Shown here: piece after piece, positions 50,857 to 62,878 of the stretch
How the letters are laid out: every line of letters starts with the position of its first letter
Numbering within the stretch: position 1 is the first letter of the stretch
From: Methanotrichaceae archaeon
GTDB taxonomy: Archaea > Halobacteriota > Methanosarcinia > Methanotrichales > Methanotrichaceae
NCBI GenBank assembly: GCA_963813075.1
Contig: CAWEXU010000013.1
Span: 32,001 to 96,000 of the forward strand
Direction of reading: 5' to 3'
DNA length: 64,000 nt
The notes under the pieces: generated by a model
Database searches by the model: none
The model's input: the letters and a program-made list of their open reading frames with translations, nothing else
What the model was told of the DNA's origin: nothing
Position numbers and translations under genes: made by a program

Positions 50857-53800
50857 TTGATTAGGGATCTTGGGAGGACTAGATTTGTGAAAACCATAAA
50901 TGCAGTATGTTCAATCCTGCTCGCTGCCCTTCTGGCTTCAATCCTATTCGGTCAGGCAGGGCAGGCAGACGACTTTCCCACCTTTCAGGTAGATAATCAA
51001 AGGTCCGGCAACCTGAGTGGCTCAGGTCCGGATGAGGCCAACCTCCTCTGGAGCGCAAGCATCACCGGCCACGGGTACATCGGCTCGGCGGCGCTAGTCT
51101 CAGGGGAACGGATATTCGTCCCCAACTGGCCGGATATGACCTACAAGGGAGAGCTGGGCCTGGCCTGCCTGGACCGGGCGGACGGAAGGCGGCTGTGGAT
51201 CAACCCCCTGGGGGGCAAGGGCACCGCATCCACCCCAGCGATAGATGATGGCCGGGTTTTCGCTGGTTCCCTTACAGGCGACATCTTCTGCCTGGATGCC
51301 GCCACGGGCAACACTCTCTGGAACCTGAGCCTGGAGACCGAACCCCGATGGTGGGGTGTGGCATCCTCGCCCCTGGTGCAGGATAAGATGGTCTACATCA
51401 TGAGCTTCTCGAACGGAACCCTGCATGCTCTGAGCCTGGATGGTGAAGAGCTCTGGAACCTGTCCACGGGCGAGGTGAGCCCCTATCTTTCCCCTGCCTC
51501 AATTGATGGCAGGATCCTTTTGCCGGGAGGAGACCCGGCACTCTACTGCCTGGATGCGGCCTCGGGAGAGCAGATCTGGAAGCATCCCCTCACCACTACC
51601 ATCGCTGCCACTCCTACCTCCGGGAATGGAATGGTCTTCCTGGTCACAAGGGACGCCATCATTTGCCTGGAGGGCGAGAGCGGGGAAGAGATCTGGACTA
51701 AGGAGCTCAACGGCAGCATATCCTCCCCTGCTCTCTCATCAGGCCGGATCTTTGTGGGCGCGGACGATCAGCCCACGGGCCACGTAAGCTGCTTTGATGC
51801 ATGGAATGGTACCCTTCTATGGAGTGCGGAGGTGGACGGGCCGGTGAAGTCCTCGCCTCTGGTCTTGGGCGACCTGGTCTACTTTGGCACCAGCTCTGCA
51901 GAAGGGATGGTCTATGCTCTGCATGCAGAGAATGGGACTGTCGCTTGGTCATATCCCCTGGGCAGCTTCATCATGTCCTCGGCCTCGGCCTCAGACGGTG
52001 TGGTCTATATAGGCGCCGACGACGGCCGGCTTTACGCCTTCGGTTCACCGTCCGAGAATCTGTTGTGGCAGGGAGAGGTGCTGCTGGAGGAGGGCAGCCT
52101 CAATATCACAGCTGTCAGCGGCAAAAGCTACCAGGTCGACGGCAGATCGGCTCTGGGGGCGCTGCTCTATGCCTGCCAGGAGGAGAGCATCAGCCTAGGC
52201 CTCAATGACTCTCTGTACGATCTATACGGCCTGAGAATCGAGTCCCTGGGCGGGAAGAGCGCCGCCGGGGAGGAATCCTGGCGGTTCTGGATCAATTATC
52301 CTCAGGAGGCCGTGCCCACTTCCGCCCCGGACCTGATCTGTCTGGAGGACGGGGACCGGGTACTGTTTTACTTCGGCGACCGGCGGGCCAGGCCGGAGGA
52401 CTCGCCCCATCTGAATATCACCGCTCGGGTCATCTCCCAGAGGCCCAAGGCTCTTTTTTGGTCGTGGGCAGCCAGCCTCAGATACGAGAGGCGGCGCAAA
52501 GCTCTGTTCTCAATGTGACCATGCTATCACCGCAAAATGCCCTCACATTCGACAACGAACCCTCAACCGATAATGCACTCTTGTCCGATAATATTACCTC
52601 AATCAATGCTCCTTCAATCGAAAATATAACGTACAATGAAAATAAAATATCAAAAGAAAATGCCCTGAACTTATCCTCATATGATCTCATATTTCTGGAA
52701 ATGATCGGCTCTGAGGCGGCCACCCTGCTCCAGCAGCCTATAGCGGAGGCAAAAGCAAGAGGGATTCCGGTGGTAATCCTCAATTCCGAGGGCTACGATA
52801 GCCTGGGCAATGTGAACCTCAGCGATCATCCCTTCATCCAGCAGTACTGGGACTACGGCCGGGTGGAGAACATGAGACGCATGCTCTCTTACCTGGCTGC
52901 TAATTTCTGCGGCCTTGATATCGTGGTGGACGAGCCTCTCCCCGCACCTGGAGAGTACATCTATCATCCTGACTATCCCGATCTCTTCGAGAATCTGAGC
53001 TCATACCTGGATTGGTATGGCAATAAGAGCGGCTACCAGTTCAATCGCTCTCATCCCAGCATCGGCGTAATCAGCTATTATCAGGACCTGGACCATGCTG
53101 ACAGAGCCGCCCTGGTCCGTGCCCTGGAGAGGAGGGGGGCGAATGTGATCGACCTGGGATTCTCCAGCCCCTCCTCGCTACAGGACTTTTTCAGGCAGAA
53201 CAACAGCACAATCGTGGATGCCCTCATCCTCACCAAGTCCTTCCGCATCAGCTATGGCGATCCAGACCAGGGAATAGCGGACCTGGAAGAGCTGAATGTA
53301 CCGGTGCTAAGGGGCATGAGGCTGTACTATCAGACTCCAGAGGAATGGCAGAACGCTACGGGGATCAGCCCCCTGGAGATCTACTTCCAGATCGCCCAGC
53401 CGGAGATGGACGGGGTGATCGAGCCCATTGTGATGGCGAGCAGGACCGACTCCGGATATCAGCCCATTGAAAGCCAGATGGACTGGCTGGCGGAAAGGGC
53501 TAAAGGCTGGGCCAGTTTAGGCCGGGTCAACAATTCGCTGAAAAAGGTGGCGATCATCTACTACAATCATGGCGGGGGCAAGGACAACATCGAGGGCTGC
53601 TACCTCAATGTGCCGCGCAGCCTAGAGAGCATCCTGGACGGATTGCGGGCGGCAGGCTACCGGGTGAACGGTAAAGTGCCGGAGGAGAAAGCCCTGGTCG
53701 ACCTGCTCGCTCACCAGGGAACCAACGTGGGCTCCTGGGCTCCCGGCGAGCTCCAGTCCATGGTGGCCGCGGGCAATGCCACCCTCCTCCCGGCGGAGGT

Positions 53801-56565
53801 CTATGAAGAGTGGTTTGAGACGTTGCCCGGCGACCTGCAATCTGAGGTGATAGAGATCTGGGGGCCGCCGCCGGGAGAGGTCATGGTCTACCAGAATCAG
53901 AGCGGTATGTTCCTGGTGATCCCCAAGCTCTCCTTTGGCAATGTAATCCTCCTCCCCCAGCCGAGCAGAGGATGGTTGGAGAACAGCACCGTTCTGTACC
54001 ATGATAAGTCAGTGCCCCCTCACCATCAGTACATCGCCTTTTATCTGTGGCTGGAGCGGAGTTTTGGAGCGGACGGCATAGTTCACCTGGGAAAGCACGG
54101 CACTCAGGAGTGGCTGCCGGGCAAGGAGTGCGGCATATCCAGGGACGACTGGCCGGCTCTATTGGTCTCTGATCTGCCGGTGGTCTATCCCTATATCGTG
54201 GACAATATCGCCGAGGGCACCCAGGCCAAGCGGCGGGGGGATGCAGAGATGATCACCCATCTGACCCCGCCCATAGTGGCCTCAGGGCTCTATGGCAACC
54301 TGACCAATCTGGCGGAGACGGTCTTCCAGTACAAGAGCGTGCAAAACGACAGCGTGAAGGAGGGCTACAAAAGAGAGATCATCAACATCAGCCGGGATAT
54401 GCATCTGGATGAGGATCTGGAGGCGGACCTGAAAAACATCTCTATTAACCAGACCGACTTCAATCACTTCGCTGACCAGCTGGAGGGATACCTCTATGAG
54501 CTGAAAGGCCAGTTCATGCCCTACGGCCTGCACACCTTCGGCCAGCCGCCGGAAGATGAGCCTTTGGCCGGTCTGGTCGGATCGATGCTGGGCGAGGATC
54601 TCCGGCGAGAGGTGGCCAAAAGAATCTCTTATGATGATTATCCCAACCCCGCCCGCCTGGATATGGAAAATGAGCTGGACAACCGCACCAAAAGGCTTCT
54701 GGAGGAGGTGATAATCAATCAGACCGGCTGCGAGATCGCTCAGCAGACTGTGCTTGGAGGCTCGTCCGCAAACCTGACCAGTCTTTTGAACCTCTCCCTC
54801 CACTACGCCCGGGGAATTGAGAATTGCTCACAGGAGGTGCCAGCTTTGGCAGACGGCCTGAACTCCAGCTACATCCCGCCCTCCCCGGCCGATGATCCCA
54901 TTCGTGATCCCGCTGTCCTTCCCACCGGCAGGAACTTCCGCTCGGTGGACCCGAGGAGGGTTCCCACCAGCGCCGCCTGGGAGGTGGGCTCGGATCTGGC
55001 GGAAAAGCTGATCGATAGCTACAGGCAGGATCATAACGGCACCTACCCCAGGAAGCTGGCGGTGGTTCTCTGGGCCTGGGCCATGACCGACCACGGGGTG
55101 GTGGAGTCCGAGATCCTCCGTCTGGTGGGAGCTGAGCCGGTCTATGATGCCTATGGCGGGGTGAGCGACGTCCGGCTGATACCTATGTCCGAGCTGGGCC
55201 GGCCCAGGATCGATGTGATCATCATCCCCTCCGGCCTGCACCGGGACCTCTTCCCGGAGAAGCTGCAGCTAATCGACCGGGCCGTTCGCCTGGCCTCCAA
55301 TGACTCCAGCACTGAGTATCCCAACTATGTGCGAGAGAATACCCTGCGGATATATCAGAACCTGACCGCCAGCGGAAACATCAGCCAGGAGGACGCGATC
55401 ATCCTCTCCGCCTCCCGCATATTCCTGGAGGAGGCGGGGACATACGGCCCCAACCTGGACAGCCCCATATCGGCCAGCGATACCTGGGAGAACGACACAA
55501 AGCTAGGTAGCCTGTTCATCAAGAGGATGTCCTATGTCTACGGCGATGGCATCTGGAGCAGCAAGCTGTCTGGCGGAAAGGATCTATCTGCACTGCAGGA
55601 TGATCTCATGCGGGCCAATCTGGCAGAGGTGGATGCCGCTGCCCAGCACACCAACTCCAATCTCTATGGGTTCATAGACAATGACGATGTCTTCCAGTAT
55701 CTGGGGGGGGATAGGAATGGCGGTGAGAACGGTGACCGGAAGGACGCCGGACATGTATGTCACCGATGCGGTAGATCCCGATAATAGCGATGTCACATCA
55801 CTGCGATCCTTCTTCAGCCGGGAGTTGCGTTCGCGCTACTACAATCCCCAATGGATGGAGGGGATGATGGAGCAGGGCTACTCCGGGGCCCGAGAGATGG
55901 ACCGATTTGTGGAGTATCTCTGGGGCTGGGAGACCACGGTCCCGGATCTGGTCAGCGAGAACACCTGGAACGAGGTGCATGAGATCTATGTCCAGGATAA
56001 GTACCAGATGGGGCTGGAGGAGTTCTTCGATGAGAACAATCCCTGGGCCTCTCAGGCTCTGGCCGGAAGGCTGCTGGAGACGGCAAGAAAGGATCGCTGG
56101 CATCCCTCCCCGGAGGTGAAAGAGGAGCTGGTAGAGCGTTATCGCCAGTCAGTAGAGATGCGTGGCGTCACCTGCTGCCATCACACCTGCGGAAACCTGG
56201 CCTTAGAGGAGTATATGCAGGGTGTGGCCCCAGCACAGGATAGCGCATCACAGGATAGTGCATCCTCTCCAATCTCAAAGAGCACTTCAAGCTCATCCAG
56301 TTCCAGCTCCTCCTCCTCCCGCCCTGAGCCCCAGCCGGGCAAAGAGGCGGCCAGCTCCAACCTGAGCCGATCGGAGGGATTTGGCAGCGAGTCGTCCCGG
56401 CCGGAGCCATCTGACTCTGGGGGAGTCGAGGTGCAGGGGTTTGTGATGGAGGAGGCAGAGGTGAGCAGCATGCAGCCTGTCTCTTCCTCCGCCCCCTTGA
56501 TTGGGGTAGGTCTGGTGCTTACGGTCTTATTCGCCATCTGGATGGGATTTCGGAGGAAGGGATGA
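50857..56565 (+). CDS. Large extracellular CobN/chelatase-like protein with N-terminal PQQ-type beta-propeller and DUF4430-like domain (two frameshifts)
   Basis: Signal peptide; SSP..G.VY.G repeats; HLGKHGTQEWLPGK, EGTQAKRRG, LPTGRN, RPRIDV, ELRSRYYNPQW, TCCHHTCGN; C-terminal TM helix; breaks at T6 (~52455) and G8 (~55705) runs. Confidence 0.88.
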
Positions 56566-56679
56566 TGGGGAAGTAGATCGGTCTTTTGATTTTATTCAGG
56601 GGATTGTCAATGGGACAGTGTAATTATCCCTGAATTTATCCAGGGGGCATTAATCGGGCAGGCAGGGCCGATCTGCCCT

Positions 56680-57384
56680 CTAAATTTTTATAATCTTCTT
56701 GCCGATATCTCGTTTCAGCTCTTTTGCCCTGATCAGAGCTTCATAGGCTTCTCTTGTGCGACCCAGCAACCGGAGAGCATTGCTTTTGTTATGCCATACA
56801 TCGGGATCATTCGGATTGATCTCGATAGCCCTGTCCAATGCCACAACAGCATCCTCCAGCTTGCCCAGAATGCCCAGAGCTGCACCCATATTGAGCCATG
56901 CATCGGGATCTTTTGGATTTAGCTCAATCGCTTTAGAGTACGCCAAAATGGCTTCTTCCGGTTTGCCCAGCCCAACAAGAGCAACACCTTTGTTGTGCCA
57001 TGCACCAACTGAGTCTGGCCTGATTTCGATGGCTTTGTCCAGCGCTGCAATAGCATCCTCAAACTTTCCCAGCTTTACAAGAGCGTTGCCTTTATTGAGC
57101 CATGCATCCGCAAATTGTGGAGAGATCTCAATCGCCGTATCAAATGCTTTTATAGCGATCTTCAATTTGCCTAAAATGTCGAGAGCATAGCCTTTTTTGT
57201 ACCATACATCGGAGAGCCGAGGATTTATCTTGAGTGCTTTATCATAAGCTTTGGCAGCATCTTTGTACTTGCCCCTGGCCAGGAGAGAGTCTCCTATGGC
57301 TCTCCAGTCACGCTCTTTATTTTCTGTGGTATCCTTAACACTCATGCTTTTTCGCCTTTGAGAGGGGCTTGGACATCTGCCCAC
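56680..57384 (-). CDS. TPR-repeat protein
   Basis: Repeated AW.NKG.AL..LGK.E.A..A.DKAIE.NP units. Confidence 0.9.
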   Translation of the reverse strand: MGRCPSPSQRRKSMSVKDTTENKERDWRAIGDSLLARGKYKDAAKAYDKALKINPRLSDVWYKKGYALDILGKLKIAIKAFDTAIEISPQFADAWLNKGNALVKLGKFEDAIAALDKAIEIRPDSVGAWHNKGVALVGLGKPEEAILAYSKAIELNPKDPDAWLNMGAALGILGKLEDAVVALDRAIEINPNDPDVWHNKSNALRLLGRTREAYEALIRAKELKRDIGKKIIKI

Positions 57385-57572
57385 TCTGAGTCAAACTGCT
57401 GAACCTTGGATCTTCAAGAGATATAAATACGGCGAAGAGCGCCAATATAGGATAGGATCTATGGAGCTTCATCCAGCCGGCTTCAAGCTTAAGCCAAGGG
57501 AGGTATCTCTTCGCCAGGTCTACTCCTTTTCAAAGCTTAACTGCAAAAACTCTCCCGCCTCTATTATTCTCC

Positions 57573-57600
57573 TGTAATACATTGATATACTTGTAATACG
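57573..57600 (+). promoter_or_regulatory. Putative TA operator: two TGTAATAC boxes
   Basis: TGTAATACA at 57573 and TGTAATACG at 57592, directly upstream of the RHH antitoxin. Confidence 0.55.
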
Positions 57601-57612
57601 AATGTTGTCCTG

Positions 57613-57846
57613 GTGATTCAAATTTCCACATCCGCCTCAGTTCGGCTTCCCGATGACATCGCCCGCGGCCTTGAAGACCTCGCCAGTGCGCTCGATCGTC
57701 CCAAGACTTACATCATCCGAAAGGCGATCGAGGCTTATCTGGACGAGTATGCAGATTACTTCATCGCTCTGGAACGAATAAATGACAAGGACGACAGGAT
57801 CGTCTCTGCCGGAGAGATGAGGGAGCTTCTTGGCCTTCAGGATTGA
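57613..57846 (+). CDS. Ribbon-helix-helix antitoxin
   Basis: SVRLPDD...L..LA....RPKTYIIRKAIEAYL. Confidence 0.85.
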   Translation: MIQISTSASVRLPDDIARGLEDLASALDRPKTYIIRKAIEAYLDEYADYFIALERINDKDDRIVSAGEMRELLGLQD

Positions 57847-58084
57847 ATATAAATCTTCGGTCTGGCGAGACCTGAGGCATCTGGATAAAAATATAGCTAA
57901 GCGAATTCTCAATGATACGGAAGGGACACTAGCGTCTGACCCTGCTGCGGGAATCCCCCTTACCGGACAGTTCAAGGGCCTCTTCAAGCTGCGCATTGGT
58001 GATTATCGTGTCATTTACGCAAAAACCAGAGTTGGCGTACTCATTTTAAGAATTGGGCCTCGAAACAAGGTCTACAATAGATGA
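57830..58084 (+). CDS. RelE/ParE-family toxin
   Basis: PLTG..KGLFKLRIGDYRVIY...IGPRNKVY; overlaps the antitoxin. Confidence 0.9.
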   Translation: MAFRIEYKSSVWRDLRHLDKNIAKRILNDTEGTLASDPAAGIPLTGQFKGLFKLRIGDYRVIYAKTRVGVLILRIGPRNKVYNR

Positions 58085-58257
58085 TACCTCGCATCTCTAG
58101 CACCGGACATCAGCGATGCTGAGTGGCGGGCACAGGGCAACGTGAATGGCTCTTATCAGCGCTCGTATGGGGAATTATCCTTATTCACAGGCCGGGTGGC
58201 AGCCGACGAGTGATTGAGCCGGATGAAGTCCTAAAAAAGGGTGTGGATTATCCGAGA

Positions 58258-60240
58258 TCATTTCCCTGATGTGCCCACTGTTCGTGCTACCGTTAGAGCG
58301 ATGATGCTGGCAAAGGCCTCCATCAGCCTGCGCTGCTCCGGCGATAGCAAACGATCAGGGTCGCCCAGGCTCACGCCCATGACCCCGACTGTAACTTCTT
58401 TGGCATGCAATGGCAGATAGAATAGAGATGCAGATGATAGCGTATCCGTTCCCCTCCCCGCCATCTGGCCATTCTCATATACCCATGTCGCCACTCCAAT
58501 CCTGTGCTCATCGAGGATCATATGCTCTCCCATCTCGGCGCGAACCAGGAGCCTTCCGTTCTCATCTGGCAGCAATATCATCACCTCGCAGCGAAAGGCC
58601 TCGGCCACCTTTTTAGCTGCATGGTTCAAAAGTGAAGTCAGATCTTCCTCTGCCATCAGATCTCGGCTGAAGCCATAAAGAGCAGAGATGAAGCGCTCCC
58701 TCTGGCGGGCGTTTTCTCTCTGCCATCTGAGCAGATCCGCCATAAAACTGGTGGCGATTCCGACGATGAAGAAGACGAAGAACATGGGAAGATAGCGCAG
58801 GTCTTCTATCGCCAGAGTCATTGGAGGGGGGACGAAGAAGAAATCCAGGATTGCCACGGCAAATATAGATGCAGCGAGGCCTGCGCGCCTCCCCCAGCTG
58901 ATTCCGCTGTAGACCACAGGCAAGAGAAGCATCATGGCGGTGTTGATCAGTCCTAGCCAGGGGTGCAGCATCCAGCAAAGAGAGGCCATCGCGGCAACGC
59001 TTGCCAGGCCGCCGTAGTAAGGTCTCCAGCTTTTCGATTCCGCCAGCTCAGGCTTCGTCATACTTTCTTTTCTGGCTTCAGCTTCCGTGCTGCCTATGAC
59101 CAGTACATGAATTGGGCCGCTCTTACGGATGATCTGATTGACCACCGAGCCTCTCGGCCATCCATTCCATAATCTGTGCCTCGGCAGGCCGACGACTATT
59201 AGAGTTATGTTTTGCTCCCTGGAAAAGATGAGGATCTCCTCCGCAATTGACCGACTGCTGAGGATCTGTGCCTTTGCGCCCAACTCCTCTGCCAGCCGCA
59301 TGTTACGGGACAGTTGATCTTGATCTGATCGGGTCGCTTGCCTGTCCAGTGGCGATTCAACGTATACTGCGAACCACTCGGCATTAAGATCGGCAGCCAT
59401 GCGCTGGCCTATGCGCACCAGACGCTCGGAAAGAGAGCCAGTGCCGATGCACACCAGGAGCCTGGAGCCTGCTGGCCAGGGGCCGAGAATGCCGTGTAGG
59501 TCCATATAGGAGCGCATGTCCTCGTCCACCTTGCGGGCGGTATAGCGGAGGGCCATCTCCCGCAGCCCCAGCAGGTTTCCCTTGCGAAAGAATTGGCGCA
59601 GGGCTTGCTCGGCCTTTGGGGGCACATAGACCTTTCCCTCATTGAAGCGTGCCAGCAGCTCTTCAGGCGGCAGGTCAACAACTTCCAGCTCGTCGGCCAT
59701 CTGCAGAATTCTATCCGGTACAGTCTCACGGACTCGAATACCGGTGATCTGATAAACGATATCATTAAGGCTCTCGACATGCTGGATGTTCATCGTCGTG
59801 TAGACGTTTATGCCTGCACTTAGAAGCTCTTCCACATCCTGATAGCGTTTGGTATGTCGAGTTCCGGGAGCATTGGTATGGGCCAGCTCGTCCACCAGAG
59901 CAAGAGCAGGACGGCGTGCCAGCACACCGTCCAGGTCCATCTCCTCCAGGGTTATGCCACCGTGTTCAATCCCAATCCGCTGGATCGTCTCCTGGCCTTC
60001 CAGCAAGATATCCGTCTCAAGCCGTCCGTGGGTTTCCACCAGGGCAATGACGACATCAACTCCATCCCTTTTCAGGGATCGAGCCTCTTCCAGCATCTGA
60101 TAAGTCTTCCCTATGCCCGCCGCCGCTCCTACGAAAATTTTGAGCTTGCCTCCTCCTTGCTCTGCTTTATGTTCCTTCTGCTTCAGCCGACGCAGAAGTG
60201 CGTCTGGATCGGGGCGGCTCTCTTGGGGCATTATATTCAC
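58258..60240 (-). CDS. kdpD: KdpD lacking the C-terminal histidine kinase (KdpD-N, USP, 4TM, GAF only)
   Basis: KLKIFVGAAAGIGKTY, LVDELAHTN, RETVPD; ends right after the GAF domain at 660 aa. Confidence 0.9.
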   Translation of the reverse strand: MNIMPQESRPDPDALLRRLKQKEHKAEQGGGKLKIFVGAAAGIGKTYQMLEEARSLKRDGVDVVIALVETHGRLETDILLEGQETIQRIGIEHGGITLEEMDLDGVLARRPALALVDELAHTNAPGTRHTKRYQDVEELLSAGINVYTTMNIQHVESLNDIVYQITGIRVRETVPDRILQMADELEVVDLPPEELLARFNEGKVYVPPKAEQALRQFFRKGNLLGLREMALRYTARKVDEDMRSYMDLHGILGPWPAGSRLLVCIGTGSLSERLVRIGQRMAADLNAEWFAVYVESPLDRQATRSDQDQLSRNMRLAEELGAKAQILSSRSIAEEILIFSREQNITLIVVGLPRHRLWNGWPRGSVVNQIIRKSGPIHVLVIGSTEAEARKESMTKPELAESKSWRPYYGGLASVAAMASLCWMLHPWLGLINTAMMLLLPVVYSGISWGRRAGLAASIFAVAILDFFFVPPPMTLAIEDLRYLPMFFVFFIVGIATSFMADLLRWQRENARQRERFISALYGFSRDLMAEEDLTSLLNHAAKKVAEAFRCEVMILLPDENGRLLVRAEMGEHMILDEHRIGVATWVYENGQMAGRGTDTLSSASLFYLPLHAKEVTVGVMGVSLGDPDRLLSPEQRRLMEAFASIIALTVARTVGTSGK

Positions 60241-60821
60241 ATCCTTTCTGTCAGATCGTCCAATGCCATGTTGAGCTTTAGGACATTCACTCTCTCCTGG
60301 CCTAATATTCCGAATTGAGCCTGCTCTATGGTCTGATAGACGAGCAGCTTTACCTCCGACTGGGAAAGATTTCGGGCTGCCGCAATTCTCGGCACCTGCA
60401 GAATTGCACCCTGCATGCTGATGTGCGGGTCAAGGCCGCTGGCAGAGGCAAGGACCAGCTCTGCCGGAACCGTCACATCGTGCGATAGATTATTCTCTGT
60501 CCTGATCTGTTCAACCCTGCGATCCACTTCATCCATGAGCCGGGAGCTGGTCGGCCCCAGGTTGCTGGCGCCTGAGCTGTTGGCGGCATAGCTCACAGCC
60601 GATGGCCGCCCGTGGAAGTATCCGGGGCTGGTGAAGCTCTGGCCAAGGAGTTCGGAGCCTATGACCTTGGCCTCGGCCAGGATCAGGCTTCCCTCAGCCT
60701 GCTTGGGCATGGTTGTCTGAACTACAATGGTTATCAGCAGCGGGTAGATGAGACCTGTGACCAAGGAAAAGGCCAGGAACAGCAGAACCGGAGTTTTTAA
60801 ATCCCTAATAATATCCTGCAT
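60237..60821 (-). CDS. kdpC: K+-transporting ATPase subunit C
   Basis: YFHGRPSA, SGASNLGP, SASGLDPHIS, VNVLKLN. Confidence 0.97.
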   Translation of the reverse strand: MQDIIRDLKTPVLLFLAFSLVTGLIYPLLITIVVQTTMPKQAEGSLILAEAKVIGSELLGQSFTSPGYFHGRPSAVSYAANSSGASNLGPTSSRLMDEVDRRVEQIRTENNLSHDVTVPAELVLASASGLDPHISMQGAILQVPRIAAARNLSQSEVKLLVYQTIEQAQFGILGQERVNVLKLNMALDDLTERM

Positions 60822-60828
60822 TTTATCC

Positions 60829-62865
60829 TCACCCCAGGTGTAGCATAACTACCATGATGTCGATCAGCTTGATGCCGATGAAAGGAACGATCAATCCGCC
60901 CAGGCCGTAGATGAGCAGGTTGCGACGGAGAAGGACGGCTGCAGTCGTCGGTTGATACCGGACACCCTTCAGTGCCAGAGGAATCAGCATTGGAATAATG
61001 ATGGCATTGAAGATGATGGCAGAGAGAACTGCGCTCGTGGGCGTCTCCAGCCCCATGATGTTCAATATGCCCAGCATTGGATACTGAGCGGCAAATAAGG
61101 CCGGAAGAATGGCAAAGTATTTGGAGAGGTCGTTGGCCACGCTGAAGGTGGTGAGTGCGCCTCGCGTAATGAGTATCTGCTTTCCGATTTCAACGATGTC
61201 CAGCAGCTTGGCAGGGTTGGAGTCCAGATCGACCATGTTGGCCGCTTCTCTTGCCGCTTGAGTGCCTGCATTCATGGCTACGGCCACGTCGGCCTGAGCC
61301 AGGGCGGGGGCATCATTGGTTCCGTCTCCGATCATCGCTACCATGTGTCCCTCTTTCTGATATTTTCGGATGGCTTCCAGCTTGGCCTCAGGACGGGCCT
61401 GGCCTATGAAGTCGTCCAGGCCTGCCTCTGCAGCTATGGCTGCGGCTGTGGTTGGATTGTCGCCGGTGATCATCACGGAACGAATGCCAACCGTGCGCAG
61501 ATGAGATAGTCGTTCCTTGATGTTCTCTTTGAGCACATCCTTCAATCGGATGGCTCCGAGAACCTGGCTGCCCTCAGCAACGACCAGCGGCGTTCCGCCC
61601 TCTCTTGAAATGCTGTCCACTGCCGCTCTGATGCCTTCCGGCATCTTGCCGCCGTTTGCCTTGACATAATCCTCAATGGCGTCATGGGCACCTTTTCGAA
61701 TCTCCCTGCCACTGCAGTTGATTCCACTCATACGAGTCTCAGCACTGAACGGAATGAATGATGACCCTTCAGGTGCTCGAATATCTCTGCCCCTGACACC
61801 CATTTTTTCCTTTGCCAGATCAACTATGCTCCGGCCTTCTGGAGTCTCATCGGCCAGGGAGGAGAGCAAGGCTGCTTCAGCCAGATCCAGGCTCTTACTA
61901 TCTTCAGCAGGGATGAATTCAGTTGCCATTCTGTTTCCCAGGGTGATGGTTCCTGTCTTGTCCATCAGCACAACGTCGACATCCCCTGAAGCCTCAACCG
62001 CTCTGCCGCTAAGAGCGATCACATTATGGGAGAGAAGCCTGTCCATGCCAGCTATGCCGATGGCTGGCAATAGTCCCCCAATGGTGGTTGGCATGAGGCA
62101 GACTAACAGAGCTACAAGAACGGGAATGGTGATGCCAAGGCCCATATGCCCGGCAAAAGCTTCTAGCGTCACCACTACCACAATGAATAGGGCGGTAAGT
62201 CCAATGAGCAGTATCTCCAGAGCTTGTTCGTTGGGGGTCTTCTGACGCCTGGCACTCTCGACCATTCCGATCATTTGATCCAGGAAGGTCTCTCCTGGAT
62301 CAGCAGTGATGAGGACGGTAATCTTTCCGGAGAGGATGCGCGTTCCTCCTGTGACGCCGCACAGGTTTCCCCCAGCCTCTCGAACCACTGGGGATGACTC
62401 GCCGGTGATCGCCGATTCATCCACCAGAGCGACACCCTCTGCGATCTCTCCGTCGCTGGGAATGATCTCACCGTCTGCGACTAGCACTCTGTCGCCCTTG
62501 CACAGTGCCAGGGCAGAGACCGGTTCAATGCTCCCGTCGGAAAGCAGTCGATTAGCTTTGGCCTCGCTCTTAGCCTGGCGAAGAGTCTCCGCCTGCGCTC
62601 GACCCCGGCCCTCAGCCAGTGCTTCGGCGAAGTTGGCGAATAATACAGTGAACCAGAGCCAGATGCTGATTTGTAGATCAAAGGCATAAGCCCTGCCGCG
62701 AAGGATATCGATTGCAGTGATCACAGTGGTCAGGATCGCTCCCAGCTCTACCGCTAACATCACCGGATTTCTCCAAAGCTTTCGGGGATCGAGCTTGGGT
62801 AGGGAATCCTTGGCTGCCTGAAGGATCAGATCGGACTGCCAGAGGCTAGACCTGCTGATTTTCAT
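60829..62865 (-). CDS. kdpB: K+-transporting ATPase subunit B
   Basis: [30 protein letters not shown]. Confidence 0.98.
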   Translation of the reverse strand: MKISRSSLWQSDLILQAAKDSLPKLDPRKLWRNPVMLAVELGAILTTVITAIDILRGRAYAFDLQISIWLWFTVLFANFAEALAEGRGRAQAETLRQAKSEAKANRLLSDGSIEPVSALALCKGDRVLVADGEIIPSDGEIAEGVALVDESAITGESSPVVREAGGNLCGVTGGTRILSGKITVLITADPGETFLDQMIGMVESARRQKTPNEQALEILLIGLTALFIVVVVTLEAFAGHMGLGITIPVLVALLVCLMPTTIGGLLPAIGIAGMDRLLSHNVIALSGRAVEASGDVDVVLMDKTGTITLGNRMATEFIPAEDSKSLDLAEAALLSSLADETPEGRSIVDLAKEKMGVRGRDIRAPEGSSFIPFSAETRMSGINCSGREIRKGAHDAIEDYVKANGGKMPEGIRAAVDSISREGGTPLVVAEGSQVLGAIRLKDVLKENIKERLSHLRTVGIRSVMITGDNPTTAAAIAAEAGLDDFIGQARPEAKLEAIRKYQKEGHMVAMIGDGTNDAPALAQADVAVAMNAGTQAAREAANMVDLDSNPAKLLDIVEIGKQILITRGALTTFSVANDLSKYFAILPALFAAQYPMLGILNIMGLETPTSAVLSAIIFNAIIIPMLIPLALKGVRYQPTTAAVLLRRNLLIYGLGGLIVPFIGIKLIDIMVVMLHLG

Positions 62866-62878
62866 CTCTTTTCCCTCC

